NCBI GenBank assembly: GCA_016712315.1
Contig: JADJRG010000022.1
Coordinates: forward strand, 1,058,522-1,122,521
Source of the DNA: Nannocystis sp.
GTDB taxonomy: Bacteria > Myxococcota_A > Polyangia > Nannocystales > Nannocystaceae
Reading direction: 5' to 3'
Length of the DNA stretch: 64,000 nucleotides
Part shown: piece after piece, positions 8,864 through 17,598 of the stretch
Numbering within the stretch: the stretch's first letter is position 1
Layout: the number at the start of each line of letters is the position of its first letter
The notes under the pieces: model-generated
Told to the model about the DNA's origin: nothing
Databases searched by the model: none
What the model saw: the letters and a program-made list of their open reading frames with translations, nothing else
Position numbers and translations under genes: made by a program

Positions 8864-10345
8864 TCACTGCGGCAGGATCGCGCTCTTGATCTGCCCGCCG
8901 GTCATATCTGAGTACGTGTAGTGCTGGTTCGCGATCGGCACGAATTGCTTCGCGTTCGGGTTCAGCGGATCGATCTTCCACGCCCCCTCCCACTCGTCCA
9001 CCACCCAGACGTAGCCCTCGAGGTCGACGCTGATCCCGACCGGCGTCGAGCACGGGTTCAACTGGTGCACTTGCACCACCGTCGCCGAGTCCGCGTCGAT
9101 CTGCATCACCGCGCACTCGAAGTTCATCGCCGTCCAGATGAAGCCCTCCTTGTCCGCGCCGATCCCGCGGAAGCAGTCGTTCGTCCCCGGCACCGCCGCG
9201 AAGCTCTCGGTCATCGGGTCGAAGCGGTACACCGGCCCGGCGCAGCCCGCCGTCCACGCTCGGCCCTTCGCGTCGACCGTCATGCCGTAGAACTGGCTGT
9301 CGCCGGGCGACGTGTACTCCTTCAGCGCGTTGTTGTTCTTCGTCTCGATCTTGTACAAGTTGCCGCGCAGCCCGGTGAACCACACCTGCTCCTTCGAGTC
9401 GAGCGCCGCCCCGTACGGCCCCCACCAGTTGTCGCCGACCGACCAATTGTTCAGCTCCACTGTCTGCTCGATCGCACCTGTCCCACCGTTCAGCTTCGCC
9501 ATGTGAGCCACCCCCCAGCTCGGCCGGTAGCCCACCCACACCTTCGGGTTGATGAACGAGCAGCTGTCTTGGTCCCAGTCGCCTGGCGTCCACGTCACAC
9601 CGCGCGGCCCCGCGCCGTTCTCGCCGTCGTAGGGCAGCACGATCGACCAGAGCGTGCACTCCTCTTGCCCCCACGCCCGCAGATCGTTCGGGCTCGTCGA
9701 CGTGTCGATCATCCCGTTGTTGTTCAGGTCCTTGCAGTCCTCTGGGTCCGCCGCGATCGCCGTCACCCGCCCGGTCTCGCGGTTGTTCACCACCACGAAG
9801 CGTCCGTCCACGCTCACCGCCGTCCGCGAAGGGTCCTCGAAGCCCGGCCCGCTGCGGTAGCGCGCCAGCTCCTTCATCGTTTGAGTGTCGACCTTCGCGA
9901 TGCTCGACTCGTCCGTGTTCGCCACCCACAGGAAGCTCTTCTCCACGTCGCCCATGCCCATGCCGTCGCCTGGCATACACGGCTCGACCCCTGTGTCCTC
10001 GGTCGTCGTCCCGTCGCTCGTCCCTTCGCTCGTCCCCTCCGTCGTCCCCTCCGTCGTCGCCGCCGTCGTCGCGTCGGTCGTCGACGTACCCGCGCTCGTG
10101 CTCGTCACGCCGTCCGTCGTCGTCCCGGCGCTCGAGCTCGCGTCGCTCTCCGAGCCTGATCCGTCGCTCTCCGAGGCGCTGCTCGACGAAGAGCTCCCTG
10201 AGCTGCTCGACGTCGACGACGACGACGACGTCGACGTATCGTTCGTCGTGCCCGCCGTCTCTGAAGCGGAGGAGGTGCTGTCATCGCCGCAAGCCGCGGC
10301 CACAAGCGAGAGCGTCGATGCGAGGATCCAAGGGCGTGTACGCAT
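8864..10345 (-). CDS. Lipoprotein with long S/T-rich linker and a C-terminal beta-propeller-like repeat domain
   Basis: ORF 8864..10348, with ATG at 10345 giving MRTRPWILASTLSLVAAAC (lipobox). The linker is rich in S/T/D. The C-terminal region carries repeated VDxxGxxWxxxxxG-type blades. Repeat family uncertain. Confidence 0.7.
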   Translation of the reverse strand: MRTRPWILASTLSLVAAACGDDSTSSASETAGTTNDTSTSSSSSTSSSSGSSSSSSASESDGSGSESDASSSAGTTTDGVTSTSAGTSTTDATTAATTEGTTEGTSEGTSDGTTTEDTGVEPCMPGDGMGMGDVEKSFLWVANTDESSIAKVDTQTMKELARYRSGPGFEDPSRTAVSVDGRFVVVNNRETGRVTAIAADPEDCKDLNNNGMIDTSTSPNDLRAWGQEECTLWSIVLPYDGENGAGPRGVTWTPGDWDQDSCSFINPKVWVGYRPSWGVAHMAKLNGGTGAIEQTVELNNWSVGDNWWGPYGAALDSKEQVWFTGLRGNLYKIETKNNNALKEYTSPGDSQFYGMTVDAKGRAWTAGCAGPVYRFDPMTESFAAVPGTNDCFRGIGADKEGFIWTAMNFECAVMQIDADSATVVQVHQLNPCSTPVGISVDLEGYVWVVDEWEGAWKIDPLNPNAKQFVPIANQHYTYSDMTGGQIKSAILPQ

Positions 10346-10438
10346 CACAACCCGATAACACGAAGCTGCGCCGACCGCACTCGCGTCGCCGCGCCGCTCC
10401 GGCGCGCCCCGAGCAGATCCGCGCCGAGCCAGCCGCCT

Positions 10439-12244
10439 TCAGCTCAGCGCGTAGCCGCGCGCCTGCTTGCGGAACATCGCCGCGTAGAGGCCATCCGCGG
10501 CCATCAGCGCCTCATGGCTGCCCGACTCGGCCACGCCGCTCGCCTCGAGCACGACGATCCGGTCGGCCATCCGCACATTGGCGAATCGATGCGAGATCAG
10601 CAGCAACGTGCGCCCGCGCGCCAGCGCACGCACCCGCGAGAACACCTCGCCCTCGGCGTCGATGTCGAGCGCCGCGGTCGGCTCGTCGAGGATCAAGACG
10701 TCGGCATCTTCGCGCATAAACGCCCGCGCCAGGCTGATCCGCTGCCACTCGCCGCCAGAGAGCTCGACCCCGCCTTGAAACCACCGACCGAGCTGCGTGT
10801 GGATCCCCGCCGGCAACCCCGCCACCACCTCCGTCGCGCCGCCATTGGCCACCGCCGCCGCGATCCGCCCCTCATCTTCGACGCGCGCCGGATCGCCGAA
10901 GCCGACGTTCTCGCGCGCGCTGAGCTGGTACTGGTTGAAGTCCTGAAACACCACCGCGAGCCGGCGACGCAGCTCCTCGCGCGGCAGCGTCCGCAGGTCG
11001 CGGCCATCGAGCAGGATCCGCCCCTCGGTCGGCTCGTAGAGGCCGGCCAGCAGCTTGATGAAGGTCGACTTACCGGCGCCGTTGTGGCCGACCAGCGCGA
11101 CCGTCTCGCCGCGGGCGATCTGCAGATCGATGTTACGGAGCGCGAACACCGATTGATCGGGGTAACGAAAGCCCACCCCTTCGAAGCGGATCCCCGACTC
11201 CTCGCGCTCCGGGGCCGCGGCCAGCATCAGCGGCGCCTGCCCCCTCGAGATCGCCAGGAAGCTCAGCAGGTTCGACATATAGAGGTCGTGCTCATAGAGG
11301 CCGCCGACCGCCATCAAGATCCCCTGAAACGACCCCTGCCCCTGGCGAAACGCGAACGCGTACATTGTCATATCGCCGAGGCCGAGCGCCCCCGACGCCG
11401 CCTGCACCGCGATATATGCATAACAGCCGTAGAAAGACAGCGTCCCGAGCTGCGACAACAGGGCCACCCACCGCATCCGCCGGAGCGCCAGCGCACGCTC
11501 CTCGACCCACAGCTTCTCGCTCACCCCTTCATAACGCTCCAGCAGCGTCGGCGCGAGGCCCAACATCATCACCTCTTTGGCGTGCTCATCGCTCGCGAGC
11601 ACGTACTCGAGGTAGCCGAGCAGGCGGGCGTCGGTCGCCCGACGGTTACGCAGATCGAAGGCCGCCCTTGAGAAGCGCACCTCGGCGAGCGCCGCGGGGA
11701 TCGCCGCGACCAGCAGCAGCAGCACCGCCGCCGCGCTGTAGCTGAAGAGCAGCGCCGCGAAGCCGACGAAGGTCAGCGTCGCGCTGGCGAGCCCGAGCAG
11801 CTCCGACGCGACCGCCAGCGGCCGATGGCCCGCCTCACGCCGCGCCCGCGTCAGTTGGTCGTAGAACTCCGGGTCCTGAAAGTCGCGCAGCTCGAGCGTC
11901 TGCGTCTTGCGCAGGATCTCGAGGTTGACCGCGAGCCCGAGGCGCACCCCCAGCAGCGCCCGCAGCATGCTCCCGCCGCGGCTCGCGGTCATCATCAGCG
12001 CCGCCAGCATCATCTCGACCAGCACCCAGGTCAGCGCGAGCTCGACGTCCGCCGCGACCACCGCGTCGACGATCGCCTTGCCGACCCACGCCATCGCGAT
12101 CGGCGTCGCCGCCGCGACCGCGAGCACGCCGATCCACAGCGACGCCGTCGCCGGCGAGCTGCGCCAGGCCATCCGCACCGCCGTGGCCCCGCGCCCGAGC
12201 CGCGCCCGCAGGCCGCCTCCGTCGATCGGCGTCGCCTCACGCAT
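10439..12244 (-). CDS. ABC transporter, fused permease/ATP-binding protein (exporter family); probable export component of the adjacent graspetide cluster
   Basis: 601 aa, with an N-terminal TMD of six predicted helices. The C-terminal NBD has Walker A GHNGAGKST, signature LSGGEWQRISLARAF and Walker B ILDEPTAALD. Stop is 12 nt from the start of the ATP-grasp gene. Confidence 0.9.
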   Translation of the reverse strand: MREATPIDGGGLRARLGRGATAVRMAWRSSPATASLWIGVLAVAAATPIAMAWVGKAIVDAVVAADVELALTWVLVEMMLAALMMTASRGGSMLRALLGVRLGLAVNLEILRKTQTLELRDFQDPEFYDQLTRARREAGHRPLAVASELLGLASATLTFVGFAALLFSYSAAAVLLLLVAAIPAALAEVRFSRAAFDLRNRRATDARLLGYLEYVLASDEHAKEVMMLGLAPTLLERYEGVSEKLWVEERALALRRMRWVALLSQLGTLSFYGCYAYIAVQAASGALGLGDMTMYAFAFRQGQGSFQGILMAVGGLYEHDLYMSNLLSFLAISRGQAPLMLAAAPEREESGIRFEGVGFRYPDQSVFALRNIDLQIARGETVALVGHNGAGKSTFIKLLAGLYEPTEGRILLDGRDLRTLPREELRRRLAVVFQDFNQYQLSARENVGFGDPARVEDEGRIAAAVANGGATEVVAGLPAGIHTQLGRWFQGGVELSGGEWQRISLARAFMREDADVLILDEPTAALDIDAEGEVFSRVRALARGRTLLLISHRFANVRMADRIVVLEASGVAESGSHEALMAADGLYAAMFRKQARGYALS

Positions 12245-12256
12245 CAGCGAGGAGCC

Positions 12257-13273
12257 CTACGCGCGGAGCGTCCGCCGCGCCCCCGGCTCGCCGAGCAGCA
12301 CGTCCGCGAGCGCCTCGGAGAGGGGAAAATTCGGCGAATTGTACTGTAGCCAGAAGCACTCGCCGGCCGGGTTCGCCTCGAGGAACACGTGGCGCCCGCT
12401 CGGCTCGACGATCATGTCGATCGCGCTGTACTGCATCTCGATCCGCTCCATGTAGCGCTCGATCGCCCGCTCGATCTCCGCCGGCAAGGTATAGCCGATC
12501 CACGACTGTAGCAGCGTCACCCCGCGCTCACGCCAGTCGATCTCCGCGCCACTGGTCCGCTGCGAGTCGACCGCCGCCGTGAAGATCCGCCCGCCGATCA
12601 CCGTGATCCGCAGCTCCAGCGCCTTCTCCACCTTCTCTTGAAACACCATCGGCGAGTAGCGCAGGCCGTCCAGCTTGCCCAGGTGCTCGCGCGACAGCGC
12701 CGTCGTGAAGACCACCTGCTCGACCCCCTGCTCGTCGATGATCGGGAACGCCGACAGCATCTTCGCCACCACCCCGTGCGGGCACGACTCGATGAACGCG
12801 CGCGCCTCCGCCGGATCGTTCGTCATCAGCGTCCGCGGGGTCGCCATCCCCAGCTCCCGCGCGAGCCGCAATTGAAACGGCTTATGCCCGCGCGCGCGCA
12901 CCCGCTCTGGCGGGTCGAGCACGAACCCCGGCGCCGCCGCCATCAGCCCGAAGAGCAGCGCCTTCGACTCGGTGACGCAGCCGTGGCGGAGCTGCTTGTC
13001 CATCGACATCGGCAGCCGCTCGGCGATCCGCGCGCGGCGGTACCAGATCGCGTCCTCCGGGCCCACCCGCAGCTCCTCCGCGCCGCAGCGAAATCGCAGC
13101 GCCTCGCCGTCGTCGTCGAGCGCCAGCGACGCGTGCGCCTCCATCGGGAAGCGATCCGTATCAAAGCGCATGACCTCGGCCCCGCGCCGCTCCAGCAGCC
13201 CGCGCAGCTCCTTGAGCATCCCGGTGATGTCCTCCGAGTGCGTCACCATCACGACCTTCTTCTTCGTCTTCAT
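12257..13273 (-). CDS. ATP-grasp ligase, microviridin MdnB/MdnC-like (graspetide macrocyclase)
   Basis: 338 aa, MKTKKKVVMVTHSEDITG…, of the same family as the adjacent ORF. The start overlaps the upstream stop (ATGA at 13270-13273). Belongs to a precursor–grasp–grasp–ABC operon on the minus strand. Confidence 0.8.
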   Translation of the reverse strand: MKTKKKVVMVTHSEDITGMLKELRGLLERRGAEVMRFDTDRFPMEAHASLALDDDGEALRFRCGAEELRVGPEDAIWYRRARIAERLPMSMDKQLRHGCVTESKALLFGLMAAAPGFVLDPPERVRARGHKPFQLRLARELGMATPRTLMTNDPAEARAFIESCPHGVVAKMLSAFPIIDEQGVEQVVFTTALSREHLGKLDGLRYSPMVFQEKVEKALELRITVIGGRIFTAAVDSQRTSGAEIDWRERGVTLLQSWIGYTLPAEIERAIERYMERIEMQYSAIDMIVEPSGRHVFLEANPAGECFWLQYNSPNFPLSEALADVLLGEPGARRTLRA

Positions 13274-14253
13274 CGCTCGCTCCTCTCACGCAGCTTCGCT
13301 CGCGCCAGCCCGAGCAGGGCCTGCGCGATGGCCTCACCGATCGGCAGGCCGAGGTCTCGCTCCAACATCCCCCACTCGCCGTGGGGGTTGACTTCAAGGA
13401 ACACGTAGTCGCCGCTCGGCGTGACGATCATGTCGATCGCCCCCTGTCGCAGCCCGAGCTGGCGCATCAACGCCGCGAGGCGCTCGTGCACCGCCGTCGG
13501 CAGCGCGTGCGCCTCCCAGCTCGCCGTCGACTCGTGGCGCCAGTCGACGCCGCATCGGGCCCCGTCGAGGCCGCCGACCAGCGCGCGGCCGTCCACCCAG
13601 GCGATCCTCAGCTCCATGGCCTTTGGGACATATCGCTGGAACATCATCGGGCAGTGGCGCAACCCGCCGAGCGCCTCTAGATCTGCGGGCCCGATCATCC
13701 GGGTCGGCAAGCCGCCGCCGCCCGCCATCGAGTAGCCGAGCGACGTCTGCAGCTTCGCCACCACCTGCCCGTCGTGCGCGCCCCAGAAGCGCCGCGCCGC
13801 CGCCGGATCGGCGGTGATCAGCGTCGGCGGGATCGCCAGCCCCAGCCCCTGCGCCAGCCGGAGCTGACGCGCCTTGTTCTCGGCGCACCGATTCGCGTCG
13901 ATCCCGTCGATCCACGGCGCGTCGTCGAGCAGGTCCAGCAGCCCGCGCAGCGCCGTCATCGACTCGCGCAGCGCCGCCTCGCGGTGAGGCGCGGCGAGGC
14001 CCGCGTCTAGGCGCGGCGGCCACAGCCGCCACAGCCACACCGCGTCGACCGTCAGCGCCTCCCCGTCGAGCAGCAGCCGCCCGCCCGCCGCAGGGTCGAG
14101 CTCGCCGCTCAGCGCGAGCGCGAGCGGGAAATCGTCCGTATCGAGCCGCAGCGGCCGCGCGCCGGCCCGCAAAAGGGCGCCCGCGACCCTCTCGGTGCAG
14201 AATGGCTCCTGGCTGTGCGTGAGCAGCAGGACGCAGGGTTGTTCGCGCATCAT
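13270..14253 (-). CDS. ATP-grasp ligase, microviridin MdnC/MdnB-like (graspetide macrocyclase)
   Basis: 327 aa, MMREQPCVLLLTHSQEPF…, paralogous to 12257..13273. Lies immediately downstream (36-nt gap) of the precursor peptide gene. Confidence 0.8.
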   Translation of the reverse strand: MMREQPCVLLLTHSQEPFCTERVAGALLRAGARPLRLDTDDFPLALALSGELDPAAGGRLLLDGEALTVDAVWLWRLWPPRLDAGLAAPHREAALRESMTALRGLLDLLDDAPWIDGIDANRCAENKARQLRLAQGLGLAIPPTLITADPAAARRFWGAHDGQVVAKLQTSLGYSMAGGGGLPTRMIGPADLEALGGLRHCPMMFQRYVPKAMELRIAWVDGRALVGGLDGARCGVDWRHESTASWEAHALPTAVHERLAALMRQLGLRQGAIDMIVTPSGDYVFLEVNPHGEWGMLERDLGLPIGEAIAQALLGLARAKLRERSER

Positions 14254-14289
14254 GTCACCTCAAGAGAGATCGGGGGCGCCCGGCTCACC

Positions 14290-14493
14290 TTACCCGTCGC
14301 TGTCTTTGAACCAGGTCGTCGACTCGTCGTCGTCGCTCGGGTACTTCTTCGTGCACGGCGAGTCGAGGCAGTGGTACGTGGGCGCACCGCCGCCGTTGGT
14401 GCTCTGCGCCGGGTCGCTCTGCGACGTCAGGAGGTGCGCGAAGAAGGGCAGGTCAGCCCCTTCGCTCTGTGGATCCATGATTTTCTTCGACAT
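14290..14493 (-). CDS. Graspetide (microviridin-class) precursor peptide, 67 aa: leader with PFFAHLL recognition motif, core TKKYPSDDDE
   Basis: MSKKIMDPQSEGADLPFFAHLLTSQSDPAQSTNGGGAPTYHCLDSPCTKKYPSDDDESTTWFKDSDG. The leader motif matches the conserved microviridin PFFARFL. The core matches T-x-K-Y-P-S-D-x-(D/E)-(D/E), with the residues that form the T1-D7 and S6-D9 esters and the K3-E10 amide. There is an AGGA ribosome-binding site 7 nt upstream of the ATG. It is the C-terminal third of ORF 14290..14721. Confidence 0.75.
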   Translation of the reverse strand: MSKKIMDPQSEGADLPFFAHLLTSQSDPAQSTNGGGAPTYHCLDSPCTKKYPSDDDESTTWFKDSDG

Positions 14494-14628
14494 TGTTCGT
14501 CCTTCTCTCTTACTTCCCCACGTGGAGGGCACAATCGCCCGCCACAACTTGACGGAGCGCCCCACGCGTAACCAACAGGCCACGCGCGTAGGAGCGCCCC
14601 GACACCCTTCCAAAAGAGTGAAGAGCGT

Positions 14629-14655
14629 CGATCCGCGCGTCGCCGGCGCGGATCG
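14629..14655 (-). promoter_or_regulatory. Perfect 10-bp GC-rich inverted repeat (CGATCCGCGC-N7-GCGCGGATCG) between the 14796..15119 gene and the precursor gene; possible terminator, attenuator or operator
   Basis: Read directly from sequence. On the minus strand it is followed by a moderately U-rich stretch (ACGCUCUUCACUCUUUUGG). Confidence 0.25.
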
Positions 14656-14795
14656 GGGCCCATGACTCGCCCGCCCCTCGTGCCCGCACCATACGCCCAA
14701 GCTGTCGCTCCCCGACCCCACCTGGATCTAACAGCGCACATACGCGCGGCGACGGCCCCTACCGCGCGCCCGGCGATTGAGCCGCCGCCGCGCCC

Positions 14796-15119
14796 TCAGC
14801 CCTCTTGCTCGCCGATCATCTCCTCGCCGCTGAGGATGCTGCCCCAGTTGTTGGCGTCGTTGAAGGTGAGGCTGAGCGGCTTCTCGTAGCGCAGCGTCCC
14901 GATCACCTCGCCGAAGCGCGCCTCGTGGAAGCGCAGGTACAGCGCGCCGTTCGCGATCTTCTGGCTCGGCGGCGCCGTGAACCCGTCGCGATAGAAGTAG
15001 AGCGTGCCGCGGTGCGTCCTGCCCTCGAAGCAGTTGATGACCGCGGTCAGGCCGTTCGTGGTGTCGAGGGTGTTGTGAAACACCGAGTAGCGGTCGATCG
15101 TGTAGTTGGTGGTAGCCAT
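14796..15119 (-). CDS. Hypothetical small protein (107 aa) with N/Y/T/F-rich composition atypical for the locus
   Basis: ORF MATTNYTIDRYSVFHNTLDTTNGLTAVINCFEGRTHRGTLYFYRDGF… has no out-of-frame-type low complexity. Immediately upstream of the graspetide operon on the same strand. Confidence 0.5.
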   Translation of the reverse strand: MATTNYTIDRYSVFHNTLDTTNGLTAVINCFEGRTHRGTLYFYRDGFTAPPSQKIANGALYLRFHEARFGEVIGTLRYEKPLSLTFNDANNWGSILSGEEMIGEQEG

Positions 15120-15255
15120 CGCCGCGATCCTGGCGCAGACCGCAGAGGGCCGTCAAACCGGCGGCCTCATACCGCTCAAGGGCGCAAAAAAGAGCGGACC
15201 GCTGGGGCCCGCTCTCGTGTTTGTTCTTGTTGCAACTTTGAGCGGCGAGCGCCGC

Positions 15256-16545
15256 TCAGCGCATCGTCGGCTCATCGCGGCGCCGCAGGAACGCTGGGAT
15301 CTCGCTCGGATCCGCCGCCGCCTCGCTGCGCGCCCACCGATCGGCCGCTGGCGCCTCACGCGTCGGCCGCGCCGCCGCCGCCTCGCGTGCATACGCCCCC
15401 GAGCTCTGCGACCCGCCGAGCAGCGCCGCCGCCTGCGCCCCGCGCACCGCGCTGGCCGCGGACGTCGCCCGCGCCGACGGACCACCAGGCACCTGCACCT
15501 GGATCACCCCGCCGCTCGCGCTCTGGCGGCGGCGACCTTGGTGGCTGCGGATCACCTGCTCCAGCTCCTCTTCGGCTGGCGCGTGGCGATCGAAGCCGGT
15601 CGCGATCACCGTCAGCCGCAGCATATCGCCCATATTCGGGTCGATCACCGCGCCGAAGATGATGTTGCAGTCCTCGTGCGCCGCCTCTTGGATCAGCGAA
15701 GCCGCCTCCTCCACCTCGTGCAGGCGCAGGTCGGGGCCGGCCGTAATGTTGATCAGGATCCCTTGAGCCCCGTGGATCGTCACGTCCTCGAGCAGCGGCG
15801 ACGAGATCGCCTGCTGCGCCGCGGCCAGCGCCCGCCCCTCGTCGGACGCGATCCCCATGCCCATCAACGCCCGCCCTTGGCCCGACATGATCGTGCGCAC
15901 GTCCGCGAAGTCGACGTTGATGATCCCCGGCACTGTGATCAGGTCGGACACCCCTTGCGTCGCGTGCTGCAGCACCTCGTCCGCGAGGCGGAACGAGTCG
16001 AGCAAGCTCGTGTTCGCCGAGGTCACTGACAGCAGCCGATCGTTCGGGATCGTGATCAGCGTGTCGACCGCCTTCTCCAGCTTCTCGATCCCCATCTCCG
16101 CGAAGCGCATCCGCCTCCGGCCTTCGAAGCGGAACGGCTTCGTCACCACGCCCACCGTCAGCGCCCCGAGCTCGCGGGCCACCTGCGCGATGATCGGCGC
16201 CGCCCCCGTGCCCGTGCCGCCGCCCATACCACCTGTCACAAAGACCATGTCTGCGCCTTGCAGCGCCTCCGCGATCGCGTCGATGCTCTCGAGCGCCGCC
16301 TCGCGCCCCTTCTCCGGGTTCGCGCCGGCGCCCAGGCCGCGCGTGATCTCCTTGCCGAGCTGGATCGTGATCCCGGCCAAGCTCTTCTCGAGCGCCTGCA
16401 CATCGGTGTTGGCGACGATGAACTCGACCCCCTCCACCTTGTTATTGATCATCGTATTGACGGCGTTGCCGCCCGCGCCTCCCACGCCGATCACCTTGAT
16501 CTTGGCGGCTGGGGGCAGAGATTCGTCGAGGTCGAAGTACGCCAT
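15256..16545 (-). CDS. ftsZ: Cell division GTPase FtsZ
   Basis: MAYFDLDE…[15 protein letters not shown]…[13 protein letters not shown]…, the full tubulin/FtsZ signature with a C-terminal variable tail. An AT-richer promoter-like region lies upstream (16546..16810). Confidence 0.95.
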   Translation of the reverse strand: MAYFDLDESLPPAAKIKVIGVGGAGGNAVNTMINNKVEGVEFIVANTDVQALEKSLAGITIQLGKEITRGLGAGANPEKGREAALESIDAIAEALQGADMVFVTGGMGGGTGTGAAPIIAQVARELGALTVGVVTKPFRFEGRRRMRFAEMGIEKLEKAVDTLITIPNDRLLSVTSANTSLLDSFRLADEVLQHATQGVSDLITVPGIINVDFADVRTIMSGQGRALMGMGIASDEGRALAAAQQAISSPLLEDVTIHGAQGILINITAGPDLRLHEVEEAASLIQEAAHEDCNIIFGAVIDPNMGDMLRLTVIATGFDRHAPAEEELEQVIRSHQGRRRQSASGGVIQVQVPGGPSARATSAASAVRGAQAAALLGGSQSSGAYAREAAAARPTREAPAADRWARSEAAADPSEIPAFLRRRDEPTMR

Positions 16546-16814
16546 AGCTGGGTTCCCTTGCTTGCTTGCTCGCTGCTCAGGCGAGGAGTTGCTCCACGCG
16601 TGCCCTTATCTGAGGCGATCTCGCGAGGCAAAAAACTTGGGATTTTAAGAGATCCGCCCGGCCAAAACGCCTACCTTATCCTACACTGTAGGCAACGCCA
16701 AATTCCCTCACACAACCCCTAGAACCCGCCTCTACAGGCCAATTCCTGCCCATCCTCGCAGGAGCACGCCTCCGCGCCAACGCTCTGGCGCCGCGAGCCG
16801 TTGATCTGCCTCGG

Positions 16815-17585
16815 TCATCTCGGCCACAGCATCGAGACCCCCCCGATCGCCACCATCACCAGCACCGCCCAGCGCACCAGCCCTGCGCCTGCACGGATCT
16901 GCCAGCGCGCCCCCAGCCAACCGCCCAGCGCCGTCCCCACCGCGAGCGCCAGCCCCTCCTTCCACGCGATCTGCCCCGCCAACCCGAAGATCGGCAGCGT
17001 CAGCGCGCTATAGACCAGCACCGCGCGCACCTTGATCGCGTTCGCCACCACCGCCGGATAGCCCAGCCCCGGCACCAGCAGCGCCAGCAGCGGGAAGCCC
17101 ACCCCTGCCTGCAAGAAGCCCCCGTACACCCCGATCACCCCCGCCACCAGATCCGCCCGCCACGACATCGGCGTCGGCGCCGGAGGAGGCCGCAAGAAAC
17201 GACCTGGCCGTAAGGCCAGGATCACAGCCCACACCACCAGCACGCCGCCGATCAGCGGCCCAAACATCGCGTCCGCCACCCTCGTCGCCAGCCAAGCCCC
17301 GCCGATCGCCCCGACTGTCATCGGCAGCGCCACCCGCAGCGTCGCCGTGTACTCCCCGATCCCATCGCGATGGAACGCCCACGAGGAGCCGATCCCTTGC
17401 AGCAGCACCCCCACCCGGCTCGTCCCGTTCGCCACCGTCGGAGGCAGCCCCAGCCCGATCAGCAGCGGCAAAATTAAGAAACTCCCCCCGCCCGCCAGCG
17501 TATTCACCACCCCCGCGAAGATCCCCGCCGCCACCAGCAGCCCGATCCCCACCCAAGGGCTCAGGCCCCACATCTCCAAGCTCAC
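16815..17585 (-). CDS. TauE/SafE family (DUF81) sulfite/anion exporter, integral membrane protein
   Basis: 256 aa, 7-8 hydrophobic helices. Conserved TSRVGVLLQG and GAGGG-type motifs typical of TauE/SafE. Start is GTG 17585 or ATG 17573. Confidence 0.8.
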   Translation of the reverse strand: MSLEMWGLSPWVGIGLLVAAGIFAGVVNTLAGGGSFLILPLLIGLGLPPTVANGTSRVGVLLQGIGSSWAFHRDGIGEYTATLRVALPMTVGAIGGAWLATRVADAMFGPLIGGVLVVWAVILALRPGRFLRPPPAPTPMSWRADLVAGVIGVYGGFLQAGVGFPLLALLVPGLGYPAVVANAIKVRAVLVYSALTLPIFGLAGQIAWKEGLALAVGTALGGWLGARWQIRAGAGLVRWAVLVMVAIGGVSMLWPR

Positions 17586-17598
17586 CCGCCCTCCCCCC

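Noticed and set aside
8820-10159. ORFs 8820..9980 (-) and 8921..10159 (+), overlapping the beta-propeller lipoprotein gene
   Set aside because: Arg/Gly/Pro low-complexity frames; the 8864..10345 frame has a lipoprotein signal and structured repeats.
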